Shown here in pieces: positions 1-7,011 of a DNA stretch of 64,000 nt (positions are counted from its first letter, which is position 1; each line of letters opens with the position of its first letter). Source of the stretch: Actinomycetota bacterium (GTDB lineage Bacteria > Actinomycetota > Acidimicrobiia > Acidimicrobiales > Aldehydirespiratoraceae). The translations under genes were made by a program, and so were the position numbers. Below the pieces are notes generated by a model. It was not told the DNA's origin, made no database searches, and saw only the letters and a program-made list of their open reading frames with translations. The stretch is taken from the NCBI GenBank assembly GCA_039188975.1, contig JBCCYT010000005.1:2251-66250 (forward strand), read 5' to 3'.

Positions 1-1542
1 GGCCCGAGACAGGTCGGTCGTCATCTCGTTGGAACGGTCGCGGTACCACTCGAACAACCGCTCCCGAAGTTCGCGTGCCTCGGCCGCCAACGCCGGGTCG
101 GCGGCGCGGTCGACGAACTCGTTCGGGTCGGCGTCGAGGTCGTACAGCAGGTCAGGGCCGGTCTCACTCAGGATGTACTTGAACCGATCGGTGCGCAGCA
201 TCGTCGCTCGCTGGCGGCGGTAGTCGTCGCCGAGATCGACCTCGACGTAGGCGAACTCCGACTGACACACGGCGGTCTCGCGTCGCTGCCCACCACCGTG
301 CAGGAGCGGCGCCAGGGTTTGTCCTTCGAGCCAACGATCGATCTGCGGGGTGATCTCGCCGACCGCATCGACAAAGGTCGGTACGAGATCGATCGCTTCG
401 ACCAGCGCGCTCGAGGTCGTGCCGCGGGTGACATCTGCAGCCGGTCGGGGGTCGACGACGATCATCGGTACTCGAACCACCTCGTCGTGCAACCAATCCT
501 TTTCGCCGAGCCAATGATCACCGAGGTAGTCACCATGGTCGCTGGTCAACACGATCATGGTGTCGTCGCTTCGGCCGAGCCGGTCGAGTTCTGCGAAGAG
601 TCGGCCGAGGTGGTGGTCGATCTGCAGCACCAGCCCGAGATAGGCGGGGTACACCGTGCGGCGGATGTGCTCCTGTGACATCGAGCGGCTCACCCGCAGG
701 TCGCGGAATGCCCGCAGTACCGGATGGTCGTGCTCGAGTTCCGCTTCGGACCGGTTGGGCGCAGGCAGGTCGAGCGGGTCGACGAGCTGGTGGTACGGCT
801 CGGACACGACGTAGGGCCAATGCGGTTTGATGAACGACAGGTGGATACACCAGGGGTCGTCGCCAGCGGCTCGAATCGTCTCGATCGCCTGATCGGTCAT
901 GAAGGCGGTTTCGGACAACTCGTCGGGAACGATGGCCGGATACTTCGAGGCGCGAAGCAGCCAACCCGACACTCGCTCCCCATGTTCGTCGAGCACCGAA
1001 TTCGCAGCCGTATGCCACGCATTGGGACCGTCGAATCCGTGTTCGGCCAGGAACCGGTTGTAGGGCAGCTGCGACATGTCGGCGATGCCGGGCATCAACC
1101 CGTCGTCGCGCAGGGTCGGTTCGAAACCGCACTCGGACAGATACATGGTCTCGGGGGCATCGGGATCGAGACCGGTAATGCCGAGCCCCTCGCGGTCCGC
1201 GGCCATGTGGGTCTTGCCGACCAGCATGGTCCGGACACCCTGGCTGCGCAGATGGTCGCCGAGCGTTCGTTGACCGATCGACAGCGGTATGCGGTTGTAG
1301 CGGGTGCCGTGAGACTGGACGTAGCGTCCGGTGTAGAAGCTCATGCGCGACGAACCGCACACCGACCCCTGGACATGAGCGTGATCGAAGGCGACTCCCC
1401 GGGCCGCAAGGCGATCGATGTTCGGGGTCTCGATGACGGACCCGCCGTAGCACGACAGCGCGTCGAGTCGCAGCTGGTCGCACATGATGAAGAGGACGTT
1501 GCGAACCCGGTGATCCCGAGGATTGTTCGGGTCAGGCGACAT
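1..1542 (-). CDS. Sulfatase-like hydrolase (alkaline phosphatase superfamily), C-terminal end cut by the window edge
   Basis: Absent from the ORF track because it runs off the left edge. My translation of the minus strand from ATG 1542-1540 stays open to position 1 (514 codons): MSPDPNNPRDHRVRNVLFIMCDQLRLDALSCYGG...GSVCGSSRMSFYTGRY...MIVLTSDHGDYLGDHWLGEKD. This matches the N-terminal nucleophile block and SDHG block layout of type I sulfatases. The start overlaps the stop of the upstream methyltransferase gene by 11 nt. Confidence 0.8.
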   Translation of the reverse strand, partial: MSPDPNNPRDHRVRNVLFIMCDQLRLDALSCYGGSVIETPNIDRLAARGVAFDHAHVQGSVCGSSRMSFYTGRYVQSHGTRYNRIPLSIGQRTLGDHLRSQGVRTMLVGKTHMAADREGLGITGLDPDAPETMYLSECGFEPTLRDDGLMPGIADMSQLPYNRFLAEHGFDGPNAWHTAANSVLDEHGERVSGWLLRASKYPAIVPDELSETAFMTDQAIETIRAAGDDPWCIHLSFIKPHWPYVVSEPYHQLVDPLDLPAPNRSEAELEHDHPVLRAFRDLRVSRSMSQEHIRRTVYPAYLGLVLQIDHHLGRLFAELDRLGRSDDTMIVLTSDHGDYLGDHWLGEKDWLHDEVVRVPMIVVDPRPAADVTRGTTSSALVEAIDLVPTFVDAVGEITPQIDRWLEGQTLAPLLHGGGQRRETAVCQSEFAYVEVDLGDDYRRQRATMLRTDRFKYILSETGPDLLYDLDADPNEFVDRAADPALAAEARELRERLFEWYRDRSNEMTTDLSRA

Positions 1543-2197
1543 AGCGCTGGAGTTCGGTCCAGTCGCCGGGAACGAGGCCGAGGAGGTCGCTGCGGTCGGC
1601 GGACTCGATGTCGGCCCATCCGAGCTGGTCGATGTCGGTCACGATCTCGTCGTATCGATCGAACAGGATCGTGTTGGTCGGGTCGAGCCCGGTGACGATG
1701 GCGAGCCCGGAGGGGCCAACATCGGCGACCACGACCGACAGGTCCGGGCGATAGCGGCGCAGCGCCACGATGGTCTTCCACACGTCGCCGGTCCAGACAG
1801 CCGTGGTCCGGACCCGAGCCGCCGTGACTTCGTCGATCGGGTTGCAGTCGTGGATCAAGATCACACTTTCGGGCGTGCTGTGGCGTTCGAGATTGGCGAC
1901 GTCGCGAAGCGTCTGTTCCCAATGGTGAAGTCCGTCGGCGAAGGAAAGATCGATCGACTCACCGCACAGCGCAACGGGATCGGCAAAGAAGTCGTCGCTG
2001 GTCTGCGCAACGATCGTCGACTGCGCCGGTGGTTCGGCCACCTTCGGGGCCGGGTCGACCGCAACGATGCGAGTGTCGGGCTGAACGAATGCCAGCGAGT
2101 GCCCTTCGTGCACGCCGACTTCGACGTAGAGGTTCGGTTGGCGAAGCTCGTGGATCCGTCGCAGTAGTCCGTAGTAGGTCGAAATCGGCTCCGTCAT
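1532..2197 (-). CDS. Class I SAM-dependent methyltransferase (Methyltransf_24 / CmcI-like)
   Basis: 221-aa ORF. Glycine-rich motif I VEVGVHEGHS, then ILIHDCN, typical of the small cephalosporin-hydroxylase-like methyltransferase family. Overlaps the downstream sulfatase-like gene, suggesting one operon. Confidence 0.75.
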   Translation of the reverse strand: MTEPISTYYGLLRRIHELRQPNLYVEVGVHEGHSLAFVQPDTRIVAVDPAPKVAEPPAQSTIVAQTSDDFFADPVALCGESIDLSFADGLHHWEQTLRDVANLERHSTPESVILIHDCNPIDEVTAARVRTTAVWTGDVWKTIVALRRYRPDLSVVVADVGPSGLAIVTGLDPTNTILFDRYDEIVTDIDQLGWADIESADRSDLLGLVPGDWTELQRYVA

Positions 2198-2216
2198 CGT
2201 CGGAGACGCTACGCCC

Positions 2217-3398
2217 TCAGAAGCGCCGGCCGAACGCCATCGACGGGTTGTCGGGGATTTCGGTCAGCGGGGTCGCAATCTCGTCGACGGTGGGACCGAG
2301 CTCGAGCGCCGCCAGCGGCTCGATGTCGAGGCCGTACAGTTTGGCCGCGGTCCCCCCGAACAGCTCGTGCAGATCGGCGGGATCCCAGTCGTGGAAGACG
2401 TGGCGCAGCGACGCAACGGAGTCGGGGTAGGTGCCCTCACGATGCGGGTAATCCGAGCCCCACATGACGTTGCCGACACCGAGGGTCTTGATCGCTTCGG
2501 CTTCGTCCTTCGACGGGAAGCTGGCTCCCATCGTGCAGTTGGAGGCGAAGTAGCTCGAGGGCGACCGTTCGAGGGTGTTGCCATCCATGCGCAGCTCACC
2601 GACACCGCCGTTGCGGAAGGCGTACCAGATGCCGTCCATCTTCTTCAGCGTGTCGGGCACCCACCCTGTCTTTTGTTCCGTCATCACGAACTGAAGGTTG
2701 GGGAAGCGCTCGAACACCCCCGACAAGATGATGTGCCACAGGCTGCGGTTCGCGAAGAACGGCACTTCCATGATCATCAGGAAGCTCTTGATTTTCGCCG
2801 TGCTGTAGTCGGGGATACCGCCACCACCGTGCTGGTTCACCGACAAGCCCGTCTCCTCACAGGCCCGATAGATCGGGTCATAGACGTCGGTCCACAGCTT
2901 CGGTACATCCGCGTCGGGCGGCACCGCCGGAAACAGCACCCCCTTGAGGCCGTGCTCGGCGGCCCAATAGACCTCCTGCACCGAGGCCTCGACATCGTTC
3001 GGGAAGATCTGGGCGAGCCCAGCTCGTCGACCGGGGTAGTCCTGGCACCACTCGACGAGCCACCGGTTGTGGGCTTGGAGGCCGGCCCAGCGCAGCGTGA
3101 GTTCGTCCGCGGTTTTTGGTGGGCTGGCGACGAGCGCGCCGGACGGGAAGAAGGGAGGGATGGTGTTGGGAAACACGATCTCCGCGGCGAGGCCGTCGGC
3201 CTCGAGCTGACGCTGGCGCACGCCATTGTCCCAGTTGCGAATCTTCGACTCGTCGGTCAGGTCCTCCCACGGATTGTCGAAGTCGGCCGCCCACGCGTCG
3301 AAGTCGTCATGAAACGACGACTCGAGATAGTCGCGGTAGGTATGCAGATCGGCTCCGGCATGGCAGTCGGCCGACACGAGTGTGTAGCGATCGGTCAT
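2217..3398 (-). CDS. Amidohydrolase family protein (Amidohydro_2 / ACMSD-like metal-dependent hydrolase)
   Basis: 393-aa ORF. N-terminal VSADCHAG metal-binding start and a WGSDYPHREG block near the C-terminus, as in Amidohydro_2 TIM-barrel hydrolases. Confidence 0.8.
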   Translation of the reverse strand: MTDRYTLVSADCHAGADLHTYRDYLESSFHDDFDAWAADFDNPWEDLTDESKIRNWDNGVRQRQLEADGLAAEIVFPNTIPPFFPSGALVASPPKTADELTLRWAGLQAHNRWLVEWCQDYPGRRAGLAQIFPNDVEASVQEVYWAAEHGLKGVLFPAVPPDADVPKLWTDVYDPIYRACEETGLSVNQHGGGGIPDYSTAKIKSFLMIMEVPFFANRSLWHIILSGVFERFPNLQFVMTEQKTGWVPDTLKKMDGIWYAFRNGGVGELRMDGNTLERSPSSYFASNCTMGASFPSKDEAEAIKTLGVGNVMWGSDYPHREGTYPDSVASLRHVFHDWDPADLHELFGGTAAKLYGLDIEPLAALELGPTVDEIATPLTEIPDNPSMAFGRRF

Positions 3399-3431
3399 GG
3401 CCGAGAGGCTAGGGCCTGACCTGACAGGCCG

Positions 3432-3836
3432 TCAGATCGGGGCCGACCCTCCGCTGCGGTCTCCCGTGTCCGTAGTTGCCTCGCCTTTTCGCGACGCGTC
3501 GAGAAGGGGGTTGGGAGACGTGGCGGTGGGTGGCCAGTTCGCGTCGCGAAAAGGCGAGGCAACAAGCGTCGCGTCGCTGCGATGCGGCCATGGACGACGC
3601 GGTGCCCACGGCTCGCCCGCGAGGATCGATGCCTCGATGTTGCGGGCATGACGACGGATCCGATCCCGGGTCGAGCGGGGCAACTCGTCGATGGTGTAGC
3701 GGCCATCGCCCATCGGGTGGAGGCGGCGTTTGCGGACCTCGCTGGTCGTGGTTGTTCCGCCATGATCGAGAACGAGCGAGGTGATGAGGTAGCGAAGGTC
3801 GTAGCCCGTGAGTTCCATGCGGCGAGGCTTGCGCAT
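3432..3836 (-). CDS. Hypothetical protein; C-terminal third reads through an inverted repeat
   Basis: 134-aa ORF. The first ~80 codons have strong G/C third-position bias consistent with coding. I recognise no family. An alternative start is the second ATG at 3818. The last ~45 codons are encoded by the inverted repeat at 3475..3563, so the native C-terminus is uncertain. Confidence 0.45.
   Translation of the reverse strand: MRKPRRMELTGYDLRYLITSLVLDHGGTTTTSEVRKRRLHPMGDGRYTIDELPRSTRDRIRRHARNIEASILAGEPWAPRRPWPHRSDATLVASPFRDANWPPTATSPNPLLDASRKGEATTDTGDRSGGSAPI
3475..3563. repeat. Perfect 23-bp inverted repeat (24 bp with one extra G:C pair) separated by a ~42-nt spacer
   Basis: Left arm 3475-3497 is GTTGCCTCGCCTTTTCGCGACGC. 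Right arm 3541-3563 is GCGTCGCGAAAAGGCGAGGCAAC, its exact reverse complement. Read directly from the sequence. Confidence 0.95.
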
Positions 3837-3862
3837 GGGTTTGACACGACGCCGTCAGCGCG

Positions 3863-4594
3863 TCAGGACTTGCGCCAGTACACGCCCGTCCAGTCGACCT
3901 CGACGATCTCGTCGGTGATGCCGTGTCGCTCCCGGAAGTCGTGCACCGCCTTGCGGCACGGCTCCCACGCCCCATAGTCGTCGACGATCACGAAACCACC
4001 CGGCGAGACCCTGTCGTAGAGCGGCACGAGGGCATCCATCGTCGACTCATAGAGATCGCCGTCCAGCCGAAGCACGGCGAGCTGTTCGATCGGGGCAGGA
4101 GCGAGCGTGTCGGCAAACCAGCCTTCAAGGAACCGCACCCGGTCGTCGAGCAACCCGTAGCGCTCGAAGTTGGCTCGTACGATGTCGGCGCCAACCATGA
4201 GGGTCGCCACGCCGGAGAGATCGTGACCTTCGTCGTCGGGGTACGCCTCGACATTGGGTGCGGGAAGTCCCTCGAACGAATCGGCAACCCAGACGTGCCG
4301 GTCAGCATCACCCCACGCCTCGAGCATGCCTCGCATCAGAATCGTGACCCCGCCACGCCACACACCGGTCTCGATCAGATCGCCCGGAATGTCCTCGGCC
4401 AAGACCGTTTCGACGGCGTGACGGACATTGGCCAGGCGAGCACCACCCACCATGGTTTCTGCGGTGCGAGGCCAGTCTCGGCCCTCGGCCCGGATGGCCG
4501 GATCGACAGTGTCTTCATCGAGAAACAGCTCGCGGGTGAGGCACCCCGTCAGAAGGTCGACGTATCGGTCGCGGGCGACGTTCGGGTTCGACAT
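3863..4594 (-). CDS. TylF/MycF-family (macrocin-type) O-methyltransferase
   Basis: 243-aa ORF. IETGVWRGG SAM motif, LRLDGDLYEST metal-binding block and a DDYG block, characteristic of the TylF family. Confidence 0.85.
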   Translation of the reverse strand: MSNPNVARDRYVDLLTGCLTRELFLDEDTVDPAIRAEGRDWPRTAETMVGGARLANVRHAVETVLAEDIPGDLIETGVWRGGVTILMRGMLEAWGDADRHVWVADSFEGLPAPNVEAYPDDEGHDLSGVATLMVGADIVRANFERYGLLDDRVRFLEGWFADTLAPAPIEQLAVLRLDGDLYESTMDALVPLYDRVSPGGFVIVDDYGAWEPCRKAVHDFRERHGITDEIVEVDWTGVYWRKS

Positions 4595-4630
4595 GGTCAG
4601 TGAGCCTACGGCCGGGTAACTTCGCGTCCT

Positions 4631-5848
4631 ATGGATCCGACCTACACCGAAGAAGCCGAGGCGTTCCGCGCTCGCATCAAGGAGTTCCTCGACTCGAACC
4701 TGCCGACCGGGTGGGCCGGATACGGCGCCATGTCGGTCGACGAGGCGTTCGAGTGGACCGCCGATTGGCGACAGAAGCTGGCTGCCAATGGCCTCCTCGC
4801 GCCGTCGTGGCCCACCGAATACGGCGGCGGTGGCATGTCAGAGCTCGAACAGGTGATCTTGGCCGAGGAGTTCGAGAAGGCAGGCGCTCCGACCGGGGCG
4901 GGCAACGATGCGTTCTCGATCCAGATGGTCGGCAACACGATTTTGCACTGGGGTTCCGAGGAACAAAAGGCGCACTTCTTGCCTCGCATCATCAGCGGCG
5001 AGGATGTCTGGTGCCAGGGCTACTCCGAGCCCGACGCCGGTTCCGACCTCGGAGGTCTCGGTTGCAAGGCCGTGCTCGACGGTGACGAATGGGTCATCAA
5101 CGGCCAGAAGATCTGGACCTCCGCCGGGCAGCATGCGAACTGGATCTTCGTGCTGTGCCGCACCGATCCCGACGCGCCGAAGCACCGCGGCATTTCGTTC
5201 TTGCTGTGCCCGATGGATCAGCCCGGTGTCGAAGTCCGTCCCATCAAGATGATCAGCGGCGACGACGAGTTCAACGAGACGTTCTTCACCGACGCCCGTA
5301 CCGACAAGGGCAATGTCATCGGCGAGGTCAACGCCGGGTGGGCCGTCGCCATGACGTTGCTCGGCTACGAGCGGGGCGAAGCGGCCGCCACCATGCCGCT
5401 CATGTTCAAGGGCGAGTGGGAAAAGCTGGCGGAGAAGGCGAAGGAGACCGGCGCCAACCAGGACCCAGTCCTGCGAGACCGCCTCGCTGCGACCTACATC
5501 GAGGCCGAGATCATGCGCTACCTCGGCATGGGCACGCTCACCCGCTTCCTCGGCGGCGCCCACCCGGGCCCGGCGGAGTCTGGCTTCAAGCTTTACTGGT
5601 CGGAATACCACAAGCGCCTCACCGAACTCGCACTCGACGTTGTCGGCCCCGAATCGATGCTCGCCGAGTCGACCGCCAAGAAGTCGTTCCATTCCGATGC
5701 GCCGGGCGCACCGAACGACGCCGGCTCATGGCTCGGCGCCTTCTACAACGCCCGCGCCGGCACGATCTACGCCGGCACCAGCCAGGTGCAGCGCAACATC
5801 CTGGGCGAAATGGTGCTCGGCTTGCCGAAGGAACCGAAGCCTCAGTGA
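4631..5848 (+). CDS. Acyl-CoA dehydrogenase family protein
   Basis: 405-aa ORF. WCQGYSEPDAGSDL block, KIWTS block and C-terminal IYAGTSQVQRNILGE, typical ACAD motifs. Confidence 0.9.
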   Translation: MDPTYTEEAEAFRARIKEFLDSNLPTGWAGYGAMSVDEAFEWTADWRQKLAANGLLAPSWPTEYGGGGMSELEQVILAEEFEKAGAPTGAGNDAFSIQMVGNTILHWGSEEQKAHFLPRIISGEDVWCQGYSEPDAGSDLGGLGCKAVLDGDEWVINGQKIWTSAGQHANWIFVLCRTDPDAPKHRGISFLLCPMDQPGVEVRPIKMISGDDEFNETFFTDARTDKGNVIGEVNAGWAVAMTLLGYERGEAAATMPLMFKGEWEKLAEKAKETGANQDPVLRDRLAATYIEAEIMRYLGMGTLTRFLGGAHPGPAESGFKLYWSEYHKRLTELALDVVGPESMLAESTAKKSFHSDAPGAPNDAGSWLGAFYNARAGTIYAGTSQVQRNILGEMVLGLPKEPKPQ

Positions 5849-6345
5849 GCGACGCGCCACCGTCCATGGTGCCGATGCACGGTCTCACCGAGGCCTTGCA
5901 TCTGGGCGAGGACGACATCCCGTGGGTGTACGCAGGCGGGCTTGGCATCAAGTTGTTGCATGTCGATCTCAATCAGGGTCTGTGGATCCTGCGAAACCGG
6001 TTCCCGCCGGGATTCGTCGTGCAGCGGCACTACCACACGGGCCCGGTCTACGCCCTCACGCTGGCGGGTTCGTGGGGCTACGCCGAGTATCCGGACTACA
6101 TCAACACGGTCGGCTCGTACCTCTATGAGCCGGCCCATTCGGTCCACACGCTGACCGTGCCTCACGACAACGACGGCGAGACCGACGTGTGGTTCGCCAT
6201 CCATGGCGCAAACGTCAATGTCGACGATGACGGCCAGGTCACCAGCGTCACCGACGCGCAGTCGATCCTCACCGCCTGGCGGGCGCTGTGCGACGCTCAC
6301 GGTGTCGACGGCTCGGCGTCGATCGTCGTCGGCGCGCCGAGCTGA
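5845..6345 (+). CDS. Cupin-fold protein, 2,4'-dihydroxyacetophenone dioxygenase-like family
   Basis: C-terminal part of track ORF 5089..6345; the N-terminal 250 aa of that ORF are Arg-rich shadow sequence over the ACAD gene. A GTG at 5845 overlaps the ACAD stop (GTGA). An alternative ATG is at 5866. Cupin block QRHYHTGPVYALTLAGSWGY...EPAHSVHT. Confidence 0.75.
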   Translation: MSDAPPSMVPMHGLTEALHLGEDDIPWVYAGGLGIKLLHVDLNQGLWILRNRFPPGFVVQRHYHTGPVYALTLAGSWGYAEYPDYINTVGSYLYEPAHSVHTLTVPHDNDGETDVWFAIHGANVNVDDDGQVTSVTDAQSILTAWRALCDAHGVDGSASIVVGAPS

Positions 6346-6477
6346 CGCACCGAGCTACGGCGGCATCCGCCACGCCGACCCTCGGCGCGGGGTGAACCGT
6401 GGTCTGAGCGGTTTCTCTCATCGGACCGGGTTCGGTGCCGAGGCTTGCTCCTACGTCGATCTCTCTGGAGTAGTTCC

Positions 6478-7011
6478 GTGTATCGCCTCTTCGCGCTCCT
6501 TCTCGCCGGCCTCGGCCTTCTCACTGGATGCGGCACCGCCGAGACGTCCGTCGGTGCCGAGCGTTCCGTCGGGCCGGCGGCGATCGCCGCCCCGACCGAC
6601 GACGTCGTCTTGACGATCTCCGGCTCGGTCGAACGACCGAACGCCGATGGTCGAGTCATGGCGGATCGGGCGGGCCTCGAATCGGTCGGACCGGTCACCG
6701 CGACGGTCTTCGAACCCTTCGTGAGCGCCGAGATGGAGTTCACCGGCGTATCGCTGGCTGCCGTGCTCCAGGCCGCAGGCGTGGCTGACGACGCGACGCT
6801 CGTGCTGCGGGCCCTCGACGACTATGAGGTGTCGTTCACGATGGCGGAACTCGTCGAGGACTCGGCCCTGCTCGTCACCCGGCAGGCCGACGAACCGATC
6901 GCCGTTGCCGATGGCGGACCGATCCGGGTGGTCTTCACCGACCCGGACAGCCCGCTCGGCCGGAACCTTGCGCTGTGGATCTGGAGCCTTGCCGAGATCG
7001 AGGTGGAATGA
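6478..7011 (+). CDS. Lipoprotein with molybdopterin-oxidoreductase-like (YedY/MsrP-type substrate domain) fold
   Basis: Track ORF 6445..7011. I prefer GTG 6478, which is preceded by GGAG 8 nt upstream and gives VYRLFALLLAGLGLLTG/C, a classic lipobox signal. Body: LTISGSV...FTGVSLAAVLQAAGV...ALDDYEVSF...GGPIRVVF...IEV, resembling Oxidored_molyb-type domains. Confidence 0.7.
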   Translation: MYRLFALLLAGLGLLTGCGTAETSVGAERSVGPAAIAAPTDDVVLTISGSVERPNADGRVMADRAGLESVGPVTATVFEPFVSAEMEFTGVSLAAVLQAAGVADDATLVLRALDDYEVSFTMAELVEDSALLVTRQADEPIAVADGGPIRVVFTDPDSPLGRNLALWIWSLAEIEVE

